The notes under the pieces were generated by a model. The model had not been told where the DNA came from. It ran no database searches and saw nothing but the letters and a program-made list of their open reading frames with translations. This document shows, one piece after another, positions 35,679 through 47,462 of a stretch of 58,920 bases of DNA (position 1 is the stretch's first letter; each line of letters opens with the position of its first letter). The stretch comes from Sphaeroforma arctica JP610 (taxonomy: Eukaryota). Where the stretch lies: positions 8,700 through 67,619 of the forward strand of contig NW_014040333.1 of assembly GCF_001186125.1 (NCBI RefSeq), read 5' to 3'. Position numbers and translations under genes: made by a program.

Positions 35679-36616
35679 AATGTATATGACAAAATCAAAT
35701 TATAATATAATTGAGGTATGAGCTAATCCGTATGCTAACGTGACAACTTTATAAACTATAATCCACACAGCTGTGATGAAGAAATAAATTACAAAATACA
35801 CAAGTCCACCTGCGCGGCATGAGAGTTCAGTACAAATGTTGAAGAGTTTCAAAACAAAACAAACTCCCCGTGTGTATTTTGTGTTGCCCGCGCACGTACA
35901 CGTGTATTTTCTTGTAAGAATTTGTGTTGATAGGGATGAATCATACGATGATTTGTCTAGTAGCCAAATAAACAGGAAATTTTAGATTTTCGTTACGGTG
36001 AAACGTGTAATTCATTTTTCAGCTTTTTATTTCGAAATTATCGTGGTAGGCAATATTCTTCCAAGGGAAGATGAGTTAAATTGAATTCTGTTCATTTTTA
36101 TTGGATGAAAAAAAGACTACAGTCGATTTTCATTGACTGCTAAGTACTATACTATCCTGCATTTGGGTGTCGTTTTTATTTTATTTTTATCTCTGAACAC
36201 CCTTTTAGTTTTTTGAAAACAAACCCCTGCAGGGAAAAATGAAAAATCATGACCAGTTTTCAGAACCAACGCACACAGCCCGAGTCAGCCACACACTGAC
36301 CAACACGCGTCACAGCTCGAGACTCGAGACTCGAGACACGCCCGTAGTCTGTAATACGAGACAAATAACAAGAGGCTAATCTTTTAATCTTACCTTAAAA
36401 ATCTCTTTGTTTAATGTCTGTTACAAGTCCGTGGTAGCTGGTGCTGTACGCCGGTTAGGCAGTATATTCAATTTGTGCTCGTTCTGTTACCAAGTGAGGT
36501 CCTGAGCTTCTATTCGCTGTGCTTGCCTTGTAGCATTCCTTGCGGTGAAGAGTGAGGGGGGTGTAGACGACAGACGGTATGCTAAGTGTGATATAATAGG
36601 AATTCAGCACGACACC

Positions 36617-39600
36617 ATGGCAGATGGGAACGAGTTGGACTCGTTGATGAACCTCAATGCAAACGAGCATGACGACGATATACCCTTGAGCCCCCTAGAT
36701 GGCAGTGATAATGGGTTAGGGCCCACAGATGATCAGGATGAGAGTAGCTTACCCCTGCCTCCGGGCTTTCCAGGGCTGTTGCACGGGCATCAGCCCCAAG
36801 GTGGGGTGGAGACTGAGATTGACATGCAATTCCGCGACTTGGATTATATATCTCAGCAATCGTATGATGTTGGTCCGGCCTATGATGAGGATGCGATGCG
36901 ATTACAGGTACAGGTGGAGGGTGGTCAGGGCCAACATATTGAGCATCAGAGCAGTCATCCTCAGGGACAGCCGCTGGATATAGAGCACGCGCATACTTAT
37001 CACGAACAACAGGATCACTCGCATGAATTGCAGGCGCAAGTGCATGAGATCGATCAGCACATGACTACTGATTTAGAAGGACATCAACATGGACATGATG
37101 AGCATCGACAGCAACATCAACACCAGCAACATCAACACCAGCAGCGGCATGACCAACACCAGCACCAACACCAACACCACGAACATATGCAGCACGATCA
37201 ACTGTCGCACCAGGCAGAACATGCGGAGCATATGCAGCAAGACCAGCACACACACTTGCCGCAAGATGTACATACTCTTAACAGTCATATGCTACGTGAT
37301 GAAAGTATGCAGCAATCGTTTGGCGATTTAGGTTCGAAAGCTCCCGTGATATCAGAGATGCATGCTCAATCGGAACTGGGTGGTGATCAAACGCAACAGG
37401 CGCAGCAATTTCAACAGCATCAAACCATCACGCAACTGCAATACTCTCAGGCACATACTCACGAGTATCATCAACAACACCAACAGCAACTACAAATACA
37501 ACATGAACATTTAGATCAACAACAAGGTCGAGAACGAGAAATGCAAAGTGAGATAGACATGTATCAAGCACAACAAACGGATCCACAAGGACAGCAACGC
37601 CAACAACAACAGCAGCCTCAGTATGCGCATGAACAGCGGAAGGAAGAGCAGAAGCAGCAGCAACAACAAGTTGAAAGCTACCAACAACACCAGGCACCAA
37701 ATCACCATGTGGAGCATCAACAGCAGCACGACCAGCAGCAAGGCCAGCCAAGCCTACACCAACACCAGCAGCACGAACAGCAGCACGACCAGCAACATCA
37801 ACAGCACAATCACCTATCCCAGCAGCAACAGATACAGCTGGCTCAGGAGGCTCTGCAACTCACTGTCCAGAATGAAGGCCGCATCGAATCATTTGTACAG
37901 TTGACGGCCCATGAACATTCGCAGGACCTGGGTGTGGGTGGCAGTACGGGCGCACAGTATGACAGCGCAGCCTTACAAGACCATTCAGATGCCACAGAAC
38001 TTATCAGAAAAACCCAGATGCAACACATGGGCTCCATGCACGACCAGCTCCTGAATTTCGCGTTACCCAATACCGTCGAATCATCCGGTCAACAGATCAA
38101 TCATCAACACGCTGCGCAGGCGCATCTCAACGAGCCAGCCCTGAGCGCCCCAGGCTCCAATTTGGAGCTCATGCCTAGTTTACACGCCAGTCATAATAAT
38201 GTTGTACAGCCACCACTTGAGCCCATGGATTCAAATGCCTCGGATATCTTCGATGTAGGTGTCGGTATGAGTGCGAGTGCGGCAGATCATCGTCCACAGG
38301 ACTTGTCAAATCAGAGTGTAATACAAAACTCGCAACTCAATCGCGACCAGCAACAGCAGCAGCAACAGCATCAACAGCAACAAGGTGGATATCAAGAACA
38401 TGATACCCTAGCACACTCACAGCAGCCACCCGATCTTCAAGCACAGGTGCACGCGCAAGGTCCATCACAGGGACTACCACATGCGCAAATCCAACCACAG
38501 CCTAATGTACACCTTCAACACCCTGGCCCAGCACCCTCACACAGTGCGAGTTCCGTGGTGGTATACGACACGGCCACCAGTGTCAACCCCGACTTCCAGG
38601 CACAGTCGCTGCTGGGTGATTCGTACAATCAACAAGCAATGGAGCAGCACTCGCATCTGCAACACCCCCTACAGCACCAGTCTATGCAGTTCCTGCCCAT
38701 TGCGATGCCCCCTCCTGCGCCGCCGGTGAAGCCCAGGGCACCGAAGAAGAAATACGTATCACTCACAATGTCGCAGAAACAGCAGTTGATAGCCGACGCT
38801 GAGGCGCAGGGGTTCGTTGTGGGAAGTGAAATCAGCAAACAGATGTGCAACCAGAAAGAACTGTCGCAGAAGTACAATGTGTCGGCCAAGACCGTGTTCC
38901 GCGCGCTCAACCAGGCGGGTAGCATCATTATCCGCAGCAACACGGGCAAGGGCACCTCACGCAGGCAGCGTAGGGGCAAATGGCCCCAATTGGATGCGTA
39001 CATGGCAGAGTGGGTGGTGCAACGCAGAGCTAAACAGCCGGTGGTGCGTATCTCACTCAACAGCATACAGAACGAAGCCGCAGACTACGCCCGATTGCAC
39101 GGCATCGACAAGTTCTCTGCGAGCCACGGGTGGGTGGAGGGGTTCAAGAACCGCATGGGCATGAAGGACCTCTTCAGTTCAGACCCGCAGCCCTACCCAC
39201 AGATACCTCCCGCGACACCTGCGGTACCACGGGCCAATGCCGACAACCGCCAGCTCGCATTGATTGCGGCTGATGCTACGGCACACCCGTCTACTGCAGA
39301 GTCACAGACTTCGTTTGTGGGTACCGATGCGCATGCGTCCGCGCACACGCACTTGCTGGCATTCCAGCAACAAGCGCCCTATGACTATACCCAGCAGCAG
39401 CAGCAGCAACCACAGGCTCCGCTGTCATACAACCAGGACGGTCTCGAGAATGAGAACAACCTGCAAGGACTCGGCTCGGCTCAACAGTCTGCGCCACCGC
39501 AAGACCAGCCACACCAGTACGGACAACCACACGAACCACCAGAGCAATACGCACACATGCAAAGCTACCCAACGCAACAGCAATATGTACAATCCCCTCT

Positions 39601-41059
39601 CGAGCAGCCACCTCAGTACACTCGAGCGCATATGCAGACCGATGAAACGCAGCCGTATGTGCAACCGAAGTCAGAACATATCCAACAACTCACCCAGGCG
39701 CCTCTCGAGCAACCTGACCAATATAGACCGCCACAAACGGGAGAGACACCACAACAGCAGCCGCCTCAGTCAGATCCAACCCCGCAATCTACCTCACACC
39801 CGACTACTGAGACTCAGTACACAGGGCCAACTAGTGAAGGAACTCAGCAATATACACAATCGCACACAGACCACACGGCACAGTACGTACAAGCACCGTC
39901 GCAGCAAGACAGTCAACCACTTAGCAATGATATGCTGCATCAGCAGCAATCGACGAATCTTCAGCAGACCCAAGAGGGACCGCAGGAGGAACAGCATAGT
40001 CAAGAGGGCCTTCAACAGACCCAATACCACACGCCACTGGCATCCGATTTTTATTCCGCACACGATTTACGGCATCAGTACACATCACCACAAATGGCTG
40101 AGGGCGCCCAACCGCAGGATAATTACCAGGCGCATGACGTACCTCGGCAATCTATGTGTACACCCGACAACGCCATAGAATCAACGATGGAAGTACAGCA
40201 GACGCTGCCTAACTCGCAACATGAACATCACACGCCGATAACGGAGCGGGCAAACTTCACGCTACCAGATCATCAGGGTAAGCAATCAACGTACGGTGTA
40301 GTGAACTCGGCTGAGTTAGAGAGCCAGATGCATAACGAGGTACCGGCCACACAAGTCAACGAGCCACTCAATACCCAGCAGCTACCACACTTGTCACACG
40401 ACCAACCCCATGCAGAGCAGTTGTACTACTTCGTGCAGGCACAGCCACTGACACAGCAGCAAGAAGATCACTCACAAGACAAGCACCTACAGCAGACTGA
40501 CGGACAACGCGGGCATGAGGAGAGTATGGGACAATCAGATCTACAATACGACCACCTAGAGCACGGGCGCCAGCAAGAACAGAAACTGCAGGAGCACTAC
40601 ATGGCGCAACAGAATGGGCAAGTGCAAGAACAAAGCAATATAACTGGCCAATTACTGTTGCAAGAGGAGGCCGGAACGGCTCATAGTCCGCAAATAGAAC
40701 AACAACCCGAGCACCGGTCACCCGACCAACACTGCCCCGACGAATCACAACAGGAGCAGCTTCACAACGAGTTCGAATTCGAGGCCCGAGACCATCTCCA
40801 GCGCGTGCAGGGACAGGAAAGCCTTCAGTACACCAGTGATGAACCGCAGTATAGTGCGTTTGCAGACTCTCACCAGGATGTAAGCCACCTCATCGACCTG
40901 CACGATCAGGTGACGTCGCTCAGCGGACATTCGGACGACCGGAACGGTATGTCTGAGCAACAGGACCAAGCCCTAAGAACGCCACGAGAACCGGAGCTCA
41001 GTACTCCGCCTTTACGGCAAGATTATTCGCTGGCGCTGGCGCTGGATGGGCCTGTTTGA
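36617..41059 (+). CDS. Intronless ~1480-aa Gln/His-rich protein with a central CENP-B/pogo (Tigger/Tc5)-type bipartite HTH DNA-binding domain; no transposase catalytic domain
   Basis: Single 4.4-kb open frame; first ATG at 36617 (accATGg). The 38744-39163 segment reads KKKYVSLTMSQKQQLI...QKELSQKYNVSAKTVFRAL...RRQRRGKWPQLDAYMAEWVVQRR...ISLNSIQNEA...FSASHGWVEGFKNRMGM, matching CENP-B_N plus HTH_Tnp_Tc5 patterns. Confidence 0.88.
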   Translation: MADGNELDSLMNLNANEHDDDIPLSPLDGSDNGLGPTDDQDESSLPLPPGFPGLLHGHQPQGGVETEIDMQFRDLDYISQQSYDVGPAYDEDAMRLQVQVEGGQGQHIEHQSSHPQGQPLDIEHAHTYHEQQDHSHELQAQVHEIDQHMTTDLEGHQHGHDEHRQQHQHQQHQHQQRHDQHQHQHQHHEHMQHDQLSHQAEHAEHMQQDQHTHLPQDVHTLNSHMLRDESMQQSFGDLGSKAPVISEMHAQSELGGDQTQQAQQFQQHQTITQLQYSQAHTHEYHQQHQQQLQIQHEHLDQQQGREREMQSEIDMYQAQQTDPQGQQRQQQQQPQYAHEQRKEEQKQQQQQVESYQQHQAPNHHVEHQQQHDQQQGQPSLHQHQQHEQQHDQQHQQHNHLSQQQQIQLAQEALQLTVQNEGRIESFVQLTAHEHSQDLGVGGSTGAQYDSAALQDHSDATELIRKTQMQHMGSMHDQLLNFALPNTVESSGQQINHQHAAQAHLNEPALSAPGSNLELMPSLHASHNNVVQPPLEPMDSNASDIFDVGVGMSASAADHRPQDLSNQSVIQNSQLNRDQQQQQQQHQQQQGGYQEHDTLAHSQQPPDLQAQVHAQGPSQGLPHAQIQPQPNVHLQHPGPAPSHSASSVVVYDTATSVNPDFQAQSLLGDSYNQQAMEQHSHLQHPLQHQSMQFLPIAMPPPAPPVKPRAPKKKYVSLTMSQKQQLIADAEAQGFVVGSEISKQMCNQKELSQKYNVSAKTVFRALNQAGSIIIRSNTGKGTSRRQRRGKWPQLDAYMAEWVVQRRAKQPVVRISLNSIQNEAADYARLHGIDKFSASHGWVEGFKNRMGMKDLFSSDPQPYPQIPPATPAVPRANADNRQLALIAADATAHPSTAESQTSFVGTDAHASAHTHLLAFQQQAPYDYTQQQQQQPQAPLSYNQDGLENENNLQGLGSAQQSAPPQDQPHQYGQPHEPPEQYAHMQSYPTQQQYVQSPLEQPPQYTRAHMQTDETQPYVQPKSEHIQQLTQAPLEQPDQYRPPQTGETPQQQPPQSDPTPQSTSHPTTETQYTGPTSEGTQQYTQSHTDHTAQYVQAPSQQDSQPLSNDMLHQQQSTNLQQTQEGPQEEQHSQEGLQQTQYHTPLASDFYSAHDLRHQYTSPQMAEGAQPQDNYQAHDVPRQSMCTPDNAIESTMEVQQTLPNSQHEHHTPITERANFTLPDHQGKQSTYGVVNSAELESQMHNEVPATQVNEPLNTQQLPHLSHDQPHAEQLYYFVQAQPLTQQQEDHSQDKHLQQTDGQRGHEESMGQSDLQYDHLEHGRQQEQKLQEHYMAQQNGQVQEQSNITGQLLLQEEAGTAHSPQIEQQPEHRSPDQHCPDESQQEQLHNEFEFEARDHLQRVQGQESLQYTSDEPQYSAFADSHQDVSHLIDLHDQVTSLSGHSDDRNGMSEQQDQALRTPREPELSTPPLRQDYSLALALDGPV

Positions 41060-41394
41060 CGCTGACGTGGTGCATTATACCGGGCTGCAATATAGAATTA
41101 GAATTAGATACGATAGAGTAGATATGCTCGCACTTGGGGGTGCTGTAGAGTGTTCTAAGCAGACTGAAGTCGGAGACTGCATACCCTGTGCCTTTATAGT
41201 TAGCAACCACCGCTTCGCTTCCCAACGGTACTTTTGAGTAAACTACTCCATGGAGAATCACAATAAAAACTAAAAATCATGGATTCATATATAGTGTATT
41301 CTTTTCTCCGACAGCATGTACAGAATACAATGTATTTTGGTTCTCCTTTAAGTTGTCTTGTTAGATCACTGGATGCCTGTTTGCATTATATACA

Positions 41395-42190
41395 CACACG
41401 AGGCATATGCACAGACATGCACAATGCATCTACATATGTACATTACACACACACAATTCATCTACATATATGCCTTGCGCACACGCACAATGCATCTATT
41501 TATATGCATCACACACCCGCACAATACATCTACATATATACATTACACACACGCACAATGCATTTATACATATGCATTACACACACGCACAATGCATCTA
41601 TACATATGCACTACATATAAGCACAATGCATCTATACATATGCACTACACATAGGCACAATGCATCTACACATATGCATTCCACACAAGCACAATGCATC
41701 TACGCATATGCATTCCACACATTCACAATGCATCTACACATATGCATTCCACACAAGCACTATGCATCTACACATATGCATTCCACACAAGCACAATGCA
41801 TCTACATATATGCATTCCGCACAAGCACAATGCATCTATACATATGCACTACACATAAGCACAATGCATCTATACATAAGCACAACATATGCACTACACA
41901 TAAGCACAATGCACCTATACATATGCCTTACACACACACCCAATGCATCTATGCATATGCACTACACACAACACTAAACACAAGCACAATACATCTACGC
42001 ATATGTATTCCACACAAGCACAATGCATCTGCACATATGCACTAGACACAAGCTCAATGCATCTACACATATGCATTACACGTACGCACGAGGCATATGC
42101 AGAGGCACGCACAATGCCTTCACACAGCTCATGGCATTACGAGGCATATGCAGAGGCACGCACAATGCCTCCACACAGCTCATGGCATGG
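41395..42190. repeat. ~34-bp degenerate minisatellite plus a ~50-bp duplication between convergent genes
   Basis: Repeated gcacaatgcatctacacatatgcattccacacaa units; acgaggcatatgcagaggcacgcacaatgcct appears twice near 42089-42190. Confidence 0.92.
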
Positions 42191-42776
42191 TAGCAACTGT
42201 GCAAGTTTGAACTATGTCTGTGGTAGTGTTAATACGTGTGGGCTATTCTGTGGTAGTGTTAATGTGTGCGTCAGAACCCACGTTCTGCTCAAACACAGGT
42301 ACTATAATCGCATACCCTGCGATTTCAAGTTATATACTCATGAGCTATCAAAACTTTTCCACTGCCTCAGAAGCGTTTTCAAACTACGCTATATGCGACT
42401 CCGTGGAATCGCTACCGATATATATATATATAATAGTGAAACCATACACTAATGTAGTGGTACACTTAGAGAAGACCCGAATGAGAATGGTACTATGGAC
42501 TCTTTATTATTAGAACATGCAGCAATGCTGTATCGTTCTTGCTGAAGGGAGTTGGGACAGCATTCGAAGGGTTTCATTCCAAGCGATCATGAGTTTCGCA
42601 CAGCGTTTTCATTGCCATAAGAAGCATCAACGGCTCCAAATTTCGCAAATTTTGCACTCACTGACTTTTCATCCGGTTACTTCCCAATTGTGATTTCGAC
42701 GAATCAGACCTCTCCCAGACCATTTGACCTATAGCTTTGTTTGTAGTACATGTTGTTTGTGGTATATCAGGCTCGC

Positions 42777-45700
42777 TCATTTCTTGGCTTGGCGGGCGGC
42801 AAGTTCGGCATCGACCTTGTCGTACATCTCAGTGAGTGCCGCTTGGTATTTCTATACGCATTGCAATTCAAGGGAGAGAGGGGAGAAAAAGTTATGGTAA
42901 GTATAAAACTTGATTGAATTGTCGCTTTTTCAAAGACTGGGATTTATACCCACCTTTTTTCATCTCTTACAAAGCCAAAACCAGCTGCTACACACGAACA
43001 CAAAAAGAATGCATGACCACGCCTTCCATGAGACTACACTAAAGAACTGACGCGCAGAGCATCCACCACAGTAGCGTCCACCCTCAAGGAGTCCAAGGAA
43101 ACAATCAAAAGAACAGATATAAACGAATAAAAACAATACAGCACCTGTTGGGTGCCACATACACCTAATTCCAATGAGCGCGCAGTAGAAATTAAACTAC
43201 ACATACCTTGGTAGCGTTAGGACGCTTCAATTTGAACGTGGGAGTAAGCAACTCGTTATCCACAGTAAAAACCTCGGACTCGACGATGAAGTCCTTGACC
43301 AGTTCGTATCCCTTGAGCTTGTATGTCTTGTGCACATCGACAACCTCCGCCTTCAGTAGAGCCTTTAGCTCTGGCGTTTTACAAATCTCCTTGAAGCTTC
43401 CACTGACCTTGTTTGCCTTCGCCCATAGCATAACCACCTCCTCCTCAGGAACAATCACTGCCAGAGGGTAGGTACGGAAGGGATCGCCATACACAAACAC
43501 CTGTCCGGCGTGCTCACACTTGCCGTACTGCTGCTCGAGATACTCGGCAGCCAGATACTCACCTTGTGCCAGCTTGAAAATGGACTTCTTACGGTCGATG
43601 ATTGACAGACTTCCAGAATCGTTCCAGCGACCAACATCACCGGTGTGGAACCAACCCTCCTCGTCAATGTCTTCCTTGGTCTTCTCGGGCATCTTGAAGT
43701 AGCCCTGGAAGATACCTGCTCCACGGATGCACACCTCACCACGAGGCTGCTCGTCAGTAGTGAGATAGTTCATATCGGGGATACTCACGAGCTTCGTCTC
43801 GAACACATTCAGAGGGGGACCTACATGGCCGAGCTCAACATCTGTTGTCAAGGAGATGGCAGCACCAGCACAGGTCTCTGTTAGTCCATACCCTTGCAAA
43901 ATGACGGGACACACGCACACGCGCAAAAAGTTGTGCACTGTGGGGTCCAGGGGTGCAGATCCGGTAAGAATGAAACGAACACGACCTCCGAGCGCCATCT
44001 TCAGCTTGTTAAAGATAAGCGCATTGTAGATAGGTGTGTCTTCTCCGTTCTTTAGAGCGGCATCTCTGGCAGCAAATGCCTTGTTGAAGAGAATCTCCTT
44101 GACTCCTCCAGCGGCCTGCGTAATAGAGTATATGTGCGAGTGATTCGATTAGATCAAGCTGCTATTGGCTATGATCTCATGGTCAACTATCGTACTGGAC
44201 TTCAAATCCGCAACCATAAGTCCGTACTGCTCTGCATGATGACACAACTACTATTGTAGCTATGTTTTTTTCCTCTGCCCTATTTACTGCTAGCGATGCA
44301 AGTCAAGCACTGTGTGACATCTGAGAGTAATCAGCAAGTTTAGATGTCAGTTGATAACACAAACTCGAACTTGGGCACTTAGTACAGACTCCTCTCTAAA
44401 GATTTACTAACCTTAACACCCTGGATGATCTTGTCATAGATGCGTGTTAGCACACGAGGTACGGCAACAAAGTAGGTGGGTCGCAGAGCCTGCACGTCCG
44501 CCATAAGCTCGGGGATGACACCACGGAAGAATCCGACTGAGCAGGCCCATCGCACACAGTATGTCTGAGTCAAACGCTCTGTCGATAGAAAGCATTAAGT
44601 ACCGGAATGTAAGTATCTGTTGACTACGAAGTTTTATATTCTACAGGACAAATGTAATTTCAATCTGAGTATTGTAGTATGAATTGTCGTGATCTTCACA
44701 CACGGTATGTATGAGTGCTGACTGGATTTCCACCCGTTGTAGGATTGATTGACTAGAACTCTTGACCAAAAAAAAGACCACGCATGAACATCGCACTTGG
44801 GTCGGAACATAAGTCAACGTGCGATATACTTACCGAAAATATGGGCCAGCGGCAAGAAGGAGAAGTGGACATCATTACTAGTCAAAGCCATAACGTTAGC
44901 AAGCCCCACAAGCAGTGACACTATACTGCGGTGAGTGATCATGACACCCTTAGGAGCGCTAAATCGAAATAAATAGGCGTGTTAGTGACTTTGGGCCTCG
45001 TCAGCTTGGTTCAGTGAATGTCAAGCACATAATGCAAGGCAGTCATAAAATTTTGTGACAATACTATATCACAGCATATCGGAAAGTACATATGCGGGCA
45101 AATGTCCTCAATTGACAACTAATCAGCAAGTTGAAAACAAATATCAGCGTAGATTTAAGTTTGCACTTGGAAATATGCTGTTGCGCTCCGACATACCCTG
45201 TGGTACCGGATGTGTACATAAGAATGTGCAAATCATCCGGGCCGGGAGGCTGGTGAGGAACGATATTATCCTTGCCCAAGGCATATAACTCGGTGATCGG
45301 GTAGAGATCAACGCCGACATCCTTGTAGTCTTCCTTATCCTCTTCGGTGACCTCATCGAAACTAATTGCAACCTTGAAGTTTGGCAAGCCCTTCTTGATG
45401 GCTCCCAATACAACTGACAGTTGCTTGCTCTCGAAGAAAGCGCCAACCATCTCAGAGTGCTCCATTACGTAGTGCACTGAATCTGCGCCCAGGGTGTCGT
45501 AGATGGCTACGGTGGGGATGCTGTAGCAGTTAGCTCCTTGTTCAGCAAGTAGCCACTCGGTACGATTCTGCAAATCACGTGGGTGGTGTCCGATATTGGC
45601 AAATACGATTGTTTAGTACACAGATCAAAGCATCGGAGTTAGAAAAATTGGTATGCAGCGTCTAGACTATACAACGTACTGATGAAAAAGCACGCCTCGA

Positions 45701-47462
45701 CGCCAGTCCTCGTTCAAAAATGCATGTGCACACATACAACCCACCTTGGAATATACTCCAAAAGGGCTCTTAGGCGCAACACCCAACTTCATTAGACCAC
45801 TTCCGATCTGCTCGGCCAGCTTAGCGCCTTCGCCGTATGTGATGAACTCGTAAGGTCCGGGCTTTCCGTCAGAAAGCACCTTACGAGTGCCCAGCCATGG
45901 CTTGTCCCCCTGTTCTTTGGCCGTCGCTTGGAAGTTCGCGTAGCAGGTCTCGCGACCGGGTGTGCCGGATGTGATAAGGTCAGTCCATTCGGCTTTGCCA
46001 TCTGTGCATATGGGAATGCGTGTAAATTTACGTGGGATATCTAAGCGACGTGCTATTATTTTTATCTTTGGAGCCAATCCAATATTGTTACTGTCAGAGC
46101 TTGAATCATGATAGTATACCAGTATTTTGGACTGTTGAACAAAGTCTAATTTAGACATACAGTCAGTCTTGCAAGGACAACGCACGGAAATTATCACACA
46201 ACCAGCGCCAAGTCCAAATTCTACCAAAGATATTTTTTGCTGAAGCTTTAAAATAGTGTGAGAGGTGATAATTCTACACAATCTCCTATACTCTGAATGA
46301 TAAGTTGTGCCGGGTTTCACACCACCGAATACTTCCCGATTGGTAGCAGTGCTACTACGTGTGTAGGCGATTGGTTGATCCTATTGATTACAACCAAACG
46401 GCACTTAGACTACGAACTCTTTAAGTGTCTTTGCGTAATGTTGATACCTTGAGACTAATTGTATACTAAGAACATGAGATTACTCACGATATTCGACACT
46501 AGAAAAACTTTTAAAATTTACAGTCTGTACAACACCGACGTTACATATACATGTGCACGCTCCTCAAATAGGTACAACTCTCCGAAACTAGTTGCTGAAC
46601 CCCTAAATAGGTGTCTAAAAATCTCCACTCAAGAAAGATATTCCTGAGGATCACACTCCGTTCTGCACGCCTGGTTCTGCCAATTCAAAGGCGACAACAC
46701 ACATGATTATAAGCTCATCTACATACTTCTGTACACAGGCAGAGAAAGTCTCTCGGTGTGATTTGTTGCATTGTAACGGTAACCTACATGGACTCGAACC
46801 ACAAATGCCACTGAAACAAGTAGATGCGCAACAGCCATACAACTTGACATATCTATACCCTGCATAAGCAATGAAATCAGTCAACACGAATACATACCAA
46901 CATATTTGGGACAGCGGTGAGCATCTGCACCCCAGTTACCACCCGGTGCTATCACACTCTGCGCCTTCAATTTCGGGTCGCTTGGGTCGGGGTATAGGTA
47001 TCCGGACGCCTCGCCGGCAGGGGCTGTGGGTGTGACAAGGCGTTAAATTAAGCATGAATATATATAAGCATACTTGAGGAGTTGGAATACAATTCGTTAG
47101 CACGATACGAGTGATAGCAACAAGCGTTGCCATGCAGAACCTCAGCAGCAGTAAATCTAAAATAGAATGTTGGTGCATGGGCTAATAGCCTCCTTAGGGC
47201 AGGTGACATCTCAGTACTCAGTGGAGTCTGACTTTATGTATCCGTTAATTGTATACAAAGCGAGTAAATGCCAACACTCTCTCATAGCAGCGATCATCGT
47301 ACCCAAAAAAAACCCCGAAATTCTCTCAAAAAAGACTTGACGACCATAACGCACACGTTGGACAATGTTCAACCCCAACACCCTTGCCCGTAAGAAGATA
47401 GAGTGAGATAAAAAGCAGTATGGACATAGGGGTATACCTTCTGATGATAGAAAGTTTCCCAT
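42777..47462 (-). CDS. ACSL: Long-chain-fatty-acid--CoA ligase (ACSL/LACS family, AMP-binding)
   Basis: Phase-consistent exons (minus strand): 47462-47438, 47023-46940, 46783-46727, 46001-45745, 45567-45197, 44958-44834, 44578-44412, 44115-43207, 42851-42777. Motifs: YTSGTTGAPKGV, SFLPLAHIFER, VPRV, QGYGLTET, GWFHTGDVG, IIDRKK.IFKLAQGEY, LTPTFKLKR. Confidence 0.95.

Noticed and set aside
35107..35721. 204-aa Ser-rich plus-strand ORF
   Set aside because: Antisense shadow of the acidic/Lys-rich exon of the zinc-finger gene.
36545..36616. GTG-initiated N-terminal extension of the 1504-aa ORF
   Set aside because: In a eukaryotic context the first ATG (36617, good Kozak-like context) is the more plausible start.
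39264..40178. 304-aa alternative-frame ORF and antisense ORFs within the Gln-rich gene
   Set aside because: Expected shadow frames of CAG/CAA-rich coding sequence.
41279..42452. Several 100-200-aa His/Cys/Thr-rich ORFs
   Set aside because: They arise from the ~34-bp minisatellite in multiple frames; no splice or domain support.
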